A DNA stretch of 64,000 nt from Candidatus Woesearchaeota archaeon (GCA_018657385.1 JABHXF010000034.1:8081-72080), one strand, 5' to 3'. Shown: positions 52,563 through 63,416, numbered from the stretch's first letter. Program-made: numbers and translations. Notes: generated by a model not told the origin, from the letters alone.

Positions 52563-54200
52563 ATGTCAACAATGTTTTCAATTGTAGAAAATAGCAGCAG
52601 AAAATATCCAAATAAGACAGCATTAGTCTATAAGGAAAACAAATATACTTATTCAGAACTAATGAAAAAAATAGATGTAGTTAGATCATTCTTTATCAAT
52701 AATACATCTAATCAAGATAAAGTGTTCTTATTAATGGAAAATTCAGATTCGTGGGTTATATCATATTTTGGTATTATGGGTGCAGGATGTATATGTGCTC
52801 CTCTTGGTGTAAGAACATCTGATTCTAACATCTTATTCCAACTTAAATTTGCACAACCAAAATATATTGTAATTTCAAGTAAGTTTAAAGACAAATGTGA
52901 AAGATTAGAGTTAGATAAAATTGCAAAAGTAATAGTTTATGATGAAATAATTGACAACCATGATAAAATTGATAACAGCAATGAAAATATAAGAAATAAT
53001 GAATCCAGTGTTCATAAAAGAGAAGTTGAATTAACAGAAGATAGTTATAATAGCTTAATTTATACATCAGGAACCAAAGGGATTCAAAAAGCAATCCTAC
53101 TTAAACATAAAATAGTGTATAATTCAACAAAAAACATAATAGATTACCTCAAAATTAGACATGATGATATTTATTATCAAATATTACCATTATCACATTC
53201 ATTTGGTCTTGGTAATGTTCATACCACATTATATATGGGTGGCACAGTTATAATTGCAGATAACACAATCAATTTAAAAAAAATAATTAATGAAATGGTT
53301 GAAAACAAAGTTACATTTTTTGCAGCTGTTCCATTAACACTTAAATTGATGGTTGAAAATTTCTTTGAAGATTTTAAAAGATTAGATGAACATTTAAGAA
53401 CAATTTGCACAAATACAGGACCAATGCCAACTGATATTACACATAGAATAATTACAGAAACCAAAAACATTCAATTTTATACATATTATGGGTTAACAGA
53501 AGCATCAAGATCATCTTTTATGTACTTTAATCTATATCCAGATAAATTAAAGTCAGTAGGGAAACCAACACCTAATGTAAATATTAAATTACTAAACCAT
53601 AATGGAGAGATAATAACAAAAGCTAATGAAGTTGGTGAAATATGTATTATTGGTAACCATACTGTAAAGGGTTATTGGAATAATGAAGAAGCAACAAATA
53701 AGTCATTTAAGCAAGGATGGTTACACACAGGCGATATGGGATACTTTGATAATGAAGGATTTTTGTTTGTAACTGGTAGAGATGATGATATTGTGAATAT
53801 GGGTGGAGAAAAGGTTTCATTACAAGAAATAGATAATGTAATTAGTAAATGCGCATTAGTAAAAGATGTAATGTGCCTAGAACAAAAAGATTATGAGAGA
53901 GAATTTGTAATTAATGCACATGTAGTTTTAGATGATGACAAATTAAATAATAATCAAGAAGAAAAATTAAGTGAAGAAGAGATCAAAAGAATCATATTAG
54001 AACATTGTAAACAAAGTTTAGACAATTTCAAAATACCTAATAAAATCCTGTATTGTGAAACACTACCTAGAACAGATTCTGGAAAAACTAAAAGAGCGTT
54101 TTTTAGAAATCAAATGAATAAGGAAAATGAAGAATTCAAAGATGAGGAAAGATTCAAAAAAAATGAAGTAATTAATAAAGGTGATATAAATGGAAAGTGA
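52563..54200 (+). CDS. Adenylate-forming acyl ligase (AMP-binding)
   Basis: YTSGTKGIQK, LSHSFG, YGLTEA, TGDMG, GR.DD, PRTDSGK. Confidence 0.92.
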   Translation: MSTMFSIVENSSRKYPNKTALVYKENKYTYSELMKKIDVVRSFFINNTSNQDKVFLLMENSDSWVISYFGIMGAGCICAPLGVRTSDSNILFQLKFAQPKYIVISSKFKDKCERLELDKIAKVIVYDEIIDNHDKIDNSNENIRNNESSVHKREVELTEDSYNSLIYTSGTKGIQKAILLKHKIVYNSTKNIIDYLKIRHDDIYYQILPLSHSFGLGNVHTTLYMGGTVIIADNTINLKKIINEMVENKVTFFAAVPLTLKLMVENFFEDFKRLDEHLRTICTNTGPMPTDITHRIITETKNIQFYTYYGLTEASRSSFMYFNLYPDKLKSVGKPTPNVNIKLLNHNGEIITKANEVGEICIIGNHTVKGYWNNEEATNKSFKQGWLHTGDMGYFDNEGFLFVTGRDDDIVNMGGEKVSLQEIDNVISKCALVKDVMCLEQKDYEREFVINAHVVLDDDKLNNNQEEKLSEEEIKRIILEHCKQSLDNFKIPNKILYCETLPRTDSGKTKRAFFRNQMNKENEEFKDEERFKKNEVINKGDINGK

Positions 54201-55338
54201 ATCTGAAATGAATAATAAAGAAAATAGTCAAATTAATCTTATCAATGAAAATAATAGAATGTTTGGGTTTCTAAAAAAAGCATTCTTTCCAAAAACCATA
54301 ATATTTTCAAGTTTGAATAATTATCTAAAAACAATTGAAAATAAGAAATGTTTCTTAATATGCTCAAAATCATTTCTTGACAACAATCCAGACTGCACAA
54401 CTAATCTTGAAGTAGTAGACAAATATATTTTATCTGGAGAACCAAGTATTAATACATTAAAAGAATGCGTAGATAAAATCAATCAAATCACTGAGGAACT
54501 TTTCATTATAGGAATTGGTGGAGGATCAGTAGTTGATCTTGCAAAAGCGGTAAAAAAAGAATGTAATAAACAATTAATTGTAATTCCAACAACACCTGCA
54601 ACAGGTTCAGAAGTAACACCATTTTCAGTATTTGTTGACCAAGAAGAAGAAAAAAAAGAAGAAGAGAGAGAAAGAGAAAACAAGAAAACAATAATTAATA
54701 GTCAAAAATTGTTGCCAGATGTTGTAATCTTAGATCCATCATACCAAAAAACAATACCTAAAGAATTACATGGTTACATGGTTGGAGATATACTAGCCCA
54801 TAGTATTGAAGCTTTTTTATCAAAATTTTCTAATCCATTATCAGATGTTTTAGCATTACAATCAATTAAATTAATAGATCATACCTTAAGCATAGATGAT
54901 TATAATAAAAACATAGATAAATTTTGGGAAAAGATTCAAATAGCTGGATTATTAGCAGGACAAGCACAAGGCATGGCTGCAACAGGATTAGTACATTCAT
55001 TTGCTCATCAATTTGGAGCAAAATATAAAATACCACATAGTAAAGCAGTTACAATATTTCTAAAGGATGTGATTAAGCTTAATCTTGATAATTATGATGT
55101 AAATGAAAAAATGAGTAATTTAGGTTATTTAAAACCTGAAGATTTAATCTCAGTAATTGAAAAACATCAAAGATTATTTAATTTACAAAACGATAAAATG
55201 AGAATAAAGGTTAACAATGATTTTAATATGGAAGAATGTATTAATAAAATAAAAAGAGATGTTTGTTCAGCAACAAACCCATTTAGAGCAAATGATGAAC
55301 AAATTAAAGAAATAATTGAAAAACATATTGAAAATTAA
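54190..55338 (+). CDS. Iron-containing alcohol dehydrogenase
   Basis: GIGGGSVVDLAK, IPTTPATGSEVT, DILAHSIE, HSFAH, IPH. Confidence 0.9.
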   Translation: MESESEMNNKENSQINLINENNRMFGFLKKAFFPKTIIFSSLNNYLKTIENKKCFLICSKSFLDNNPDCTTNLEVVDKYILSGEPSINTLKECVDKINQITEELFIIGIGGGSVVDLAKAVKKECNKQLIVIPTTPATGSEVTPFSVFVDQEEEKKEEERERENKKTIINSQKLLPDVVILDPSYQKTIPKELHGYMVGDILAHSIEAFLSKFSNPLSDVLALQSIKLIDHTLSIDDYNKNIDKFWEKIQIAGLLAGQAQGMAATGLVHSFAHQFGAKYKIPHSKAVTIFLKDVIKLNLDNYDVNEKMSNLGYLKPEDLISVIEKHQRLFNLQNDKMRIKVNNDFNMEECINKIKRDVCSATNPFRANDEQIKEIIEKHIEN

Positions 55339-55405
55339 AAAGAAATGAAAAAATAGAATAATTCAAAAGAAAAAATTGAAAATAAAAAGAGTGTAGATAA
55401 TAAAA

Positions 55406-56548
55406 ATGAAAGTTGATGAATTAATTGAAAAAGATGCATATTCAATGCCTTCAAGTGAAAAACAAACATTATTCCTTGAAGCAATGAAAGAATCAATTAG
55501 ATTTCACTATAATAATTGTAATGAATTTAAGAATTATTTAGATTACTTAAAATTTGATATTAATTCTGAATATAGCTTAGAAGACCTTCCTTATCTACCA
55601 ATACCAATTTTCAAAGAGATGGAATTAATAACAGGATCAAAAGAAGATATTAAAACAACTATTAACTCAAGTTCAACAACATCAAATAAACCAAGTAAAA
55701 TTCCTCTTGATAAAATTACAATGAAAAGACAACAAATTGCATTAAAAAATATTATGTCAAGTTACCTTGGGAAAGAAAGAAGAATATTTATTATATTTGA
55801 TAAAAAATCTACTATTGAAAATCGTGGTCAGAACACATCATCAAGAGCATCTGCAATCCTTGGTATGTTGCCTTTTGCAAAATCAATGAAATTTGTCCTT
55901 AATGATGATTTAGAGTTCGATATGGAGTTGTTTAAAGAAGCAATAGATTCAATAAGTAGTAGTAATAATGATGATAGAGAGAGTGGTGAAAAAATTAAAA
56001 TTTGTTTTTTCGGCTTTACATGGATAATATATAAAACATATTTATCAATAAGAAAAGATCTGAAAAAATTAGAGCAGTTTAGAATATTAATTAAGGAGTT
56101 ATCTAGGTTATCAAATGATAAAAAAGTTTTACATATTGGTGGTTGGAAAAAATTAAAAGAAATAGCTGTTGAAAAATCACAATTCAATAATGAAATAGGT
56201 ATGATTACTAATGTAGATATAAAAGAAATAATTGATTTTTATGGAATGACAGAACAACTTGGAACAGTTTATCCTGATTGTGAAGAAGGATATAAACATG
56301 CATCTTTATACTCAGAAATAATTATTAGAGACCAAAACACATTATTACCATTAGAAGTTGGAAAAGCAGGATTAATTCAATTGATAACACCTTTACCAAA
56401 TAGTTACCCTGGAATATCAATATTAACTGAAGATGTTGGAGAGTTAATAGGAATAGATAATTGTAAATGTGGACGAAAAGGCAAATATTTCATATTCAAG
56501 AAAAGGGTTGAAAAAGCACCAATTAAAGGATGTGGTGATACATTATGA
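55406..56548 (+). CDS. LuxE-like acyl-protein synthetase
   Basis: LPYLPIPIFK, SSSTT, GGWKK, DFYGMTEQ, SYPGISILTED.G, C.CGRKGK.F, KGCGD. Confidence 0.88.
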   Translation: MKVDELIEKDAYSMPSSEKQTLFLEAMKESIRFHYNNCNEFKNYLDYLKFDINSEYSLEDLPYLPIPIFKEMELITGSKEDIKTTINSSSTTSNKPSKIPLDKITMKRQQIALKNIMSSYLGKERRIFIIFDKKSTIENRGQNTSSRASAILGMLPFAKSMKFVLNDDLEFDMELFKEAIDSISSSNNDDRESGEKIKICFFGFTWIIYKTYLSIRKDLKKLEQFRILIKELSRLSNDKKVLHIGGWKKLKEIAVEKSQFNNEIGMITNVDIKEIIDFYGMTEQLGTVYPDCEEGYKHASLYSEIIIRDQNTLLPLEVGKAGLIQLITPLPNSYPGISILTEDVGELIGIDNCKCGRKGKYFIFKKRVEKAPIKGCGDTL

Positions 56549-57894
56549 AAGTAATATTTAAGAATGGTAAGATATTAAATGAAACATTTGAAAAAGAGTC
56601 TAGTAGTCAAGAAATTAAAGATATAAATATGGTCATAGAAGAACTTAAATCAAAGAAAGAGTATATTCATTCATTAAAAATAGATTGGATTATTGAGTTT
56701 TTCAATGAAATTTCAAGATATTGGATAGGGAATAAAGAATTAGAAACTAAAGTTGGAACATTAAAGCATTTAGCAGATTTTTTTACAAAAGAAAATACAA
56801 CATCTATGCTGAATTTTGCATTACGTGGAGATTATAAAATATTAGATAACTTTATTGATTTAAACCAAATAAAATATGTATATCATTGTCAACCAAGAGG
56901 ATTAGTTGTTCAATGGCTTTCAGGAAATGTACCATTATTAGGTTTATATTCTATTTTTATGGCTATGTTAACTAAAAATGTATCTTTAATTAAAGCATCA
57001 AGTAAAGCATACAAAGAATTATTGATATTATTAGAATCATTAAATAATGTTAATACTGAATATATCAAAGGTTCAGAGTTCTTAGAAACAATTACAGTTG
57101 TTTTAGTAGATAATAATGATACAAAAACACATAATGAAATGTCATCATCAGCTGATGTTAGAGTTGCATGGGGTGGTCATGAAGCAATACAAACAATAAT
57201 TAACCTAAAAAAAGATGTTTTTTGTGAAGATATTGTGTTTGGACCAAAATATTCATATGGAGTTATTGATAAAGAAGCATTAGTTGATTATAAAAAAATA
57301 GCACAAAGATTAGCATTTGATATTTGTACATTTGATCAACAAGCATGTTCTTCTCCACATACAATATTTGTTGAGGAAAACAACCAGACCTCTGCTGTAG
57401 TATTTGCTGAAGAACTAGCAAAGAATATTGATTTTATCACTAAGAAAATGCTTCCAAAAGAAAATGAAGGTGCACAAAAAAAATTAGAAATATTAACACA
57501 AAGGGCAAAGTATAGTATGATGGAAGAGACAAGAGATATAAAAGACATAGAAAGTACAAAAGATTCAAAAGTATTTTCATCAGAAAATACAGATTGGACT
57601 GTAATATGCAGTAATGAAGAAGGTTTGTATAATGCATGCTTTTCAAGAGTAATTCATGTAAAACCAATAGATAACATTAGTAAACTAAAACAATATAATG
57701 ACAAAAAAAAGCAAACTTTAGGTATTGCCTTGAATAAACAAAATCGAAAAGAAATAATTAATGAGATTACATTAAATGGGATTGATAGATGCCCAAGATT
57801 CGGAGATATGACCTTATTTGAATCACCATGGGATGGAATGTTTCCAATAGATAGATTAGTAAGATGGGTAGCATTAAGCAAAAAAAGAGATTAA
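56545..57894 (+). CDS. LuxC-like acyl-CoA/acyl-protein reductase
   Basis: QPRGLVVQWLSGNVP, AWGG.EA, FGPKYS, FDQQACSSP (catalytic Cys), PWDG. Confidence 0.9.
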   Translation: MKVIFKNGKILNETFEKESSSQEIKDINMVIEELKSKKEYIHSLKIDWIIEFFNEISRYWIGNKELETKVGTLKHLADFFTKENTTSMLNFALRGDYKILDNFIDLNQIKYVYHCQPRGLVVQWLSGNVPLLGLYSIFMAMLTKNVSLIKASSKAYKELLILLESLNNVNTEYIKGSEFLETITVVLVDNNDTKTHNEMSSSADVRVAWGGHEAIQTIINLKKDVFCEDIVFGPKYSYGVIDKEALVDYKKIAQRLAFDICTFDQQACSSPHTIFVEENNQTSAVVFAEELAKNIDFITKKMLPKENEGAQKKLEILTQRAKYSMMEETRDIKDIESTKDSKVFSSENTDWTVICSNEEGLYNACFSRVIHVKPIDNISKLKQYNDKKKQTLGIALNKQNRKEIINEITLNGIDRCPRFGDMTLFESPWDGMFPIDRLVRWVALSKKRD

Positions 57895-58023
57895 ACTTTA
57901 TTCAAAAAGAAAAATAAGACAAAACAAAATTAAAAAACAAACAATAGATCAAATAAAATTCAATCATGAAAAAAATGAATTAGATCAAGAAAAAGAAACA
58001 TAAATTGAAGAGAGGGAAAAAAC

Positions 58024-59175
58024 ATGACAATTAAAGTACCATTATTTAAAACATTTTCAGATGAAAAAGACGTAGAAGCAGTTGCAAAAGTACTTAGAAG
58101 AAAAACTTATTGGGCAACAGGACCAGAAATACAAGAATTTGAAAATAAAATAGCTGAATTTGTTGGAAGAAAGTATGCATTAACATTTAATTCAGGAACA
58201 TCAGCTTTACATGCATTACTTCTTGCACATGATGTTAAAGATAAAGAAGTAATTGTACCTTCATTTACATTCATTGCAACCTCAAATGCAGTAATCCTAG
58301 CTGGTGGAAAACCAGTATTTGCAGAATCTGAACATGAAACATTTGGATTAGATGCTGAAGATGTTAGAAAAAGAATAACACCTAACACAAAAGCAATAAT
58401 GCAATTACATTATGGTGGATTCCCAGGAAAAGATACTGAAAAATTAAGAGAAATCGCTGATGAACATAATATTTTATTTATTGAAGATGCTGCTGAATCA
58501 CTTGGTTCAAGCATAAATGGAAAGATGATTGGAAACTTTGGCCATAGTTCAATGTTTAGCTTTTGCCAAAATAAAGTATTAGCAATTGGTGAAGGAGGAA
58601 TATTATTAACTGATGATGAAAAAGTTTTTGAAAAAGCAAAATTAATCAGATCTCATGGAAGAGTTGAATTAAATGAAGATTATTTTTCATCAACAAAAGA
58701 TAATGATTATATTGAAGCAGGATTTAATTATAGAATGCCAACAATTTGTGCAGCATTAGGATTATCACAATTTGATAAAATACAAGAAGTAATTAGTAGA
58801 AGAAGAGAAAAAGGCCAATATTTGAGTAAACATTTATCTCAAATTAAAGGCATTAGAATTCCTCTTGAATTCAAAGACCATTTTCAAGTATATCAAATGT
58901 ATTCAATATTACTCGAAAATGAAGCAACAAAAGATAAATTACAAGAATATTTAACAAAAAATGGTATAATGAACAAAGTCTATTTTTTACCTGTACATCT
59001 AAAAACATTATACAAAAGAAATTATGGATGTAAAGAAGGAGATTTACCCAAAACAGAACTATTATCTAGTAGAATATTAAATATTCCACTTTTCCCTGAT
59101 ATTAGTAAGGAAGATCTTGATTATATGATAAAAATAATAAAACAGTTTTTTGATAGTATAGATAGTATCAACTAA
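58024..59175 (+). CDS. DegT/DnrJ/EryC1/StrS sugar aminotransferase (LegC-like)
   Basis: NSGTSALH, TFIAT, EDAAESLG, FSFCQNK, GEGG, GFNYRM. Confidence 0.93.
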   Translation: MTIKVPLFKTFSDEKDVEAVAKVLRRKTYWATGPEIQEFENKIAEFVGRKYALTFNSGTSALHALLLAHDVKDKEVIVPSFTFIATSNAVILAGGKPVFAESEHETFGLDAEDVRKRITPNTKAIMQLHYGGFPGKDTEKLREIADEHNILFIEDAAESLGSSINGKMIGNFGHSSMFSFCQNKVLAIGEGGILLTDDEKVFEKAKLIRSHGRVELNEDYFSSTKDNDYIEAGFNYRMPTICAALGLSQFDKIQEVISRRREKGQYLSKHLSQIKGIRIPLEFKDHFQVYQMYSILLENEATKDKLQEYLTKNGIMNKVYFLPVHLKTLYKRNYGCKEGDLPKTELLSSRILNIPLFPDISKEDLDYMIKIIKQFFDSIDSIN

Positions 59176-59188
59176 GAGAGCAAAAATA

Positions 59189-60898
59189 ATGAGTAAAATA
59201 AAGAACTTTTTTGAAAATTTAAAAATAGATGATTGTAATAGTTATCACCCTTATTTGTTTTTAGTATCTTTCATATTATTGCTTAGCTTTTTTAGAAATG
59301 ATATCCCCATATCAACCATATTTTATAGTGCATTAATTATGTTAGGACTCACATTTGCATTATATGGATCAATAGCTCTTGTATTAAAGATTATAATTAA
59401 AAAAAATGTAATAAATAAGGCTTCAATATTGACTACAACAATTTTATTTGTAGTATTTCCATTAAGTTTCCTGTTTTACTCATTGAGAAATACAAAAATA
59501 AATAGTTTTGTAGTAGGCAGCCCAATAAATCTATTAGTAATTTCATTAATCACGTTAGGATTAGTTGGATTATTTGTCCTATTAACTAAAAAAGATTTAA
59601 TTAAGCTGAATAAAAGATTAAATAAAATCTCAAATGTAGTTATTATATTAAGTTGGATTATATTCTTAATAATTATTATAACACAAAACATAGGTTTAGC
59701 AGACCAAGGAATTGAATCATTTGAGGATGAAATTGTAAAATTTGTTAATGACAAAATAACATATGAATCTGATGATATTGAAAGCAAAAATGATAATGAT
59801 AAAAAAGAAGAAGGGATTATAATTTATGAGGATATAAATACAGAGCTAGAAAAGTTACCCAATATTTATTATATATTATTAGATGGATACACAAGTTCAT
59901 ATAATCTTGATCAAATATATAATTATGATAATAGTGATTTCACAGATTACCTTACAGATAAAGGCTTTTACATTGCAAAAGAGAGTAATAGTAATTATGC
60001 AAATACATACTTATCTGTATCATCATCTACAAATATGCAGCATGTAACATTTTTAGGAAATATATTGGGAGAAGAAGCAAGTGGAAGAATCATTCCAAAT
60101 CACATGATTAAGAATAATAAAGTAATGAATTTCTTAAAAACAAAGGGATATAAAATTTATCATGATGTTGAACATGGTAATAAGAATACTAATGCAGATT
60201 ATCATGGTTGTGGTGCAAAATTTGATAGGTTTAAAGAATTATTTGAACCAACTATGATAGATATAATTGATAATAAGATTGGAACAATTAGAAGAATGAG
60301 ATATAAATGTTCATTCAATAAACTTAAATCAGCACATGATAAAGAAGGTCCCATATTTGTATTTGCACAAATAAAGCCACCACATCCAGTTTATGTATTT
60401 GATAAAGATGGCAATGCAGTATTAGCTAATATGGGTACAGAAGATTATATGTGGAAACAAAAAGATAATTATATTGAACAATTAATGTATGTAAACAAAG
60501 TCATGATTAAAATTATTGATAAAATATTAGCAGAATCAGAAACCCCACCAGTTATAATAATACAAGGAGATCATGGCACAGGTTCATCATTTGCTCAAAT
60601 TGATAGAGAAGATGGTGGAGGGTGGGAATATCCTGAAAATAAAACAATGTTAAAAGAAAGAATGGGAATATTAAATGCATATTATCTTCCTGAATTAAAA
60701 AATGTAGAAAAGTCCAGTGTGAATAATGAGATATTATACTCATCTATAACACCAGTTAATAGTTTTAGAATTGTGTTTAATCAATATTTTGACATGGAAT
60801 TAGAATTATTAGAAGATGATAGTTTTTATTCATCAAAAAGAACACCATATAGAATGGTTGATATAACTGATAAAGTTAAAATTGAAGGAGAGAATTAG
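59189..60898 (+). CDS. Membrane-anchored sulfatase/alkaline-phosphatase superfamily transferase
   Basis: About 5 N-terminal TM helices; PNIYYILLDGY, SNY..T..S, PPHP, IIQGDHG. Confidence 0.8.
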   Translation: MSKIKNFFENLKIDDCNSYHPYLFLVSFILLLSFFRNDIPISTIFYSALIMLGLTFALYGSIALVLKIIIKKNVINKASILTTTILFVVFPLSFLFYSLRNTKINSFVVGSPINLLVISLITLGLVGLFVLLTKKDLIKLNKRLNKISNVVIILSWIIFLIIIITQNIGLADQGIESFEDEIVKFVNDKITYESDDIESKNDNDKKEEGIIIYEDINTELEKLPNIYYILLDGYTSSYNLDQIYNYDNSDFTDYLTDKGFYIAKESNSNYANTYLSVSSSTNMQHVTFLGNILGEEASGRIIPNHMIKNNKVMNFLKTKGYKIYHDVEHGNKNTNADYHGCGAKFDRFKELFEPTMIDIIDNKIGTIRRMRYKCSFNKLKSAHDKEGPIFVFAQIKPPHPVYVFDKDGNAVLANMGTEDYMWKQKDNYIEQLMYVNKVMIKIIDKILAESETPPVIIIQGDHGTGSSFAQIDREDGGGWEYPENKTMLKERMGILNAYYLPELKNVEKSSVNNEILYSSITPVNSFRIVFNQYFDMELELLEDDSFYSSKRTPYRMVDITDKVKIEGEN

Positions 60899-60967
60899 AT
60901 TTAAAGAGTATAAAAAATAGATTAAATATACAATTAAAATAATTAAAAGCTAGAGAGGTAAAATAAA

Positions 60968-61927
60968 ATGGTTACAGACGAAGATTTAAAAAAAGAAGCA
61001 GAAGCCTTTGATAAACAAACTGAAGAAAGAATTAAACAAGGTTTTATTCCTGATTTAAGAAGATTAAAGAAAGTTGAATGGTTTTACAATAATATGTGGA
61101 GAGATCCAGAATTTGTTAAAATCCACCTTATGCCTAAAGTAAATTATGTAATTAACATTGCAAAACAAAAAGGAGGCAAAGTTTTAGAACTAGGATGTGG
61201 TTATGGATATTTAACATTAGAATTAGCAAGAAATGGATTAGATGTTACAGGCATCGATCTATCTTCAAAAAGTATAGAAGTTGCAAAAAGGTTTGCAGAG
61301 GAAAATCCATTCAAAGAAAACTTTGGATCATTAAACTATGAATGTAATAATATTTTAGAAATGGAGTTTGGAGAAAACAAATTTGATACAATTGTATTTT
61401 TTGGAACATTACACCATCTTCCAGATATAGATAAAATATTATTAAAAGTTAATAAAGCATTAAAAGATGGAGGAAATTTAATTGTATGTGAGCCAATTAG
61501 AGAAAATCTAAAAAAAGAAGAAATCCAAATTGCCTCAATTCTAAAAGCAATTCTTCCAACATACATTCCTTATGAAGAAAAACTAGGTAAATTAGATAAC
61601 ACAGAAGAGTGGAATAAGTATGTTGATGAAGTTTACAAAGAATACACATACCAAGATGATCATGAACAATCACCATGTGATAATATCACATCATCAAAAG
61701 ATTTGATAGTTAATTCAATAAAAAACCAATTTGAAGTTAAAAATATTGAATTTTCTGATGCATTCTTGGATAAGATTATTGGAGGACTAAGAGGAGAAAA
61801 CAAATACTTAATAGCAAAATTCCTTAAATTCTTAGATGATGAAATGATCAAGAAAAACATGATGCAGCCAGGAGGGATAAGAATCCATGCTGTCAAACAA
61901 ATTAATGAATCAAACATAAGAGATTGA
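60968..61927 (+). CDS. Class I SAM-dependent methyltransferase
   Basis: VLELGCGYG, GIDLS, FD, LHH, LKDGG. Confidence 0.9.
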   Translation: MVTDEDLKKEAEAFDKQTEERIKQGFIPDLRRLKKVEWFYNNMWRDPEFVKIHLMPKVNYVINIAKQKGGKVLELGCGYGYLTLELARNGLDVTGIDLSSKSIEVAKRFAEENPFKENFGSLNYECNNILEMEFGENKFDTIVFFGTLHHLPDIDKILLKVNKALKDGGNLIVCEPIRENLKKEEIQIASILKAILPTYIPYEEKLGKLDNTEEWNKYVDEVYKEYTYQDDHEQSPCDNITSSKDLIVNSIKNQFEVKNIEFSDAFLDKIIGGLRGENKYLIAKFLKFLDDEMIKKNMMQPGGIRIHAVKQINESNIRD

Positions 61928-61939
61928 AAGAAATAAACT

Positions 61940-63328
61940 ATGAAGAGGGATAATATGAAAATCGACCAAATATTAGTTACAAACGATACAAGCATTAAAG
62001 AAACAATGAAAATTATTGATAGGGGTTCCATCAGAACTGCAATAGTAGTAGATGAATCTAAAAGATTAATTGGTGTAGTAACAGATGGTGACATCAGAAG
62101 AGGGATATTAAGTGGTATTGATATTAATGAACAAGTATCAAAAATAATGAATGATAACCCTTTTTTTGTAAAATCAAGCACATCAAAAGAAGAAATTATT
62201 ACTACGCTTAAAGAAAAAGGAATTCTTAATGCACCAGTTGTAGATGAAAACAAAAATGTAATAGATATAGTTTTGCTATCTGGTGGATCAGGCACATCTA
62301 ATTTTAATAAAAGTGAAAGATTAAATAAACATCTTGGTACAATTCTTGTAATTGGTGGCGCAGGTTATGTTGGTTCAATTTTAGTTAGGAAATTATTATC
62401 AAAAGGATATAGAGTAAATGTTCTTGATAAATTTTTATATGGTAAAGAATCACTTCAAGACATTAAAGAAAATCAAAAATTGAGAATTGTAGAAGGAGAT
62501 ACAAGACATATTGAAGACATTACTTCTGCAATAAGAGAAGCTGATGCAGTTGTTCATTTAGCAGAACTTGTAGGAGATCCTGCCTGCGCATTAGATACAA
62601 CAAAAACTACTGAAATTAATTGTCTTGCAACAAGAGCAATTGCATCTATTTGTAAACACTTTCAAATTAACAGATTAGTATATGCATCATCATGCAGTGT
62701 ATATGGTGCATCTGAAGGTGGTGCATTATTAACTGAAGAATCACCACTTACTCCTGTATCGTTATATGCTAAAATGAAAATAGCATCTGAAAAAGCATTA
62801 TTAGAAATGAGAGATGATAATTTCTTACCAACTATCTTAAGATTAGGTACTGTATTTGGTTTTTCATATAGACCTAGATTTGATTTAGTTGTAAATTTAC
62901 TTACAGCAAAAGCAATAAAGGAAGGTAAGATCACTATATTTGGTGGTGACCAATGGAGACCAAATGTACATGTTGAAGATGTTGCAGACACAATTGTTTC
63001 TGTACTTGAATCACCTATTGAAGATGTTGGTGGTAAAATATTTAATGTTGGTCATGAAGACAACAACCATACAATAAATAAAATTGGAGATTATGTCAAA
63101 GAATTAATTCCAAGTGCTGAAGTAGTAATTGAGGACAAGGAAGTTGATAAAAGAGATTATAAAGTTGATTTTACAAAAATAAGAGAAATATTAGGAGATA
63201 ACATTAAGAAAAATTTAGGAGATGGAATCAACGAAATTAGAGTAGCATTAGAACAAGATCAAGAATTAGATTATTGTGATAAAAAACATAGTAATATTAA
63301 ATTCTTAACAGAGAATAATCCAAATTAA
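61940..63328 (+). CDS. CBS-pair + NAD-dependent sugar epimerase/dehydratase (extended SDR)
   Basis: G.VTDGDIRRG CBS pair; GGAGYVG, HLAELVGDPAC, SSCSVYG, YAKMK, RFDLVVN, WRP.VHV.D. Confidence 0.88.
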   Translation: MKRDNMKIDQILVTNDTSIKETMKIIDRGSIRTAIVVDESKRLIGVVTDGDIRRGILSGIDINEQVSKIMNDNPFFVKSSTSKEEIITTLKEKGILNAPVVDENKNVIDIVLLSGGSGTSNFNKSERLNKHLGTILVIGGAGYVGSILVRKLLSKGYRVNVLDKFLYGKESLQDIKENQKLRIVEGDTRHIEDITSAIREADAVVHLAELVGDPACALDTTKTTEINCLATRAIASICKHFQINRLVYASSCSVYGASEGGALLTEESPLTPVSLYAKMKIASEKALLEMRDDNFLPTILRLGTVFGFSYRPRFDLVVNLLTAKAIKEGKITIFGGDQWRPNVHVEDVADTIVSVLESPIEDVGGKIFNVGHEDNNHTINKIGDYVKELIPSAEVVIEDKEVDKRDYKVDFTKIREILGDNIKKNLGDGINEIRVALEQDQELDYCDKKHSNIKFLTENNPN

Positions 63329-63416
63329 TAGAATTTAATTATTTTTTCTTTTATTTTATTATTTTCTGATTATTAATTAAATCATGTTGTAATGAAGAGA
63401 TTTACAACACAGCTTA

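Noticed and set aside
55406-57894. Bioluminescence (lux) operon
   Set aside because: No luxA/luxB luciferase or luxD in the window; LuxC/E lie among ACP and sugar genes, as in polysaccharide acyl-modification clusters.
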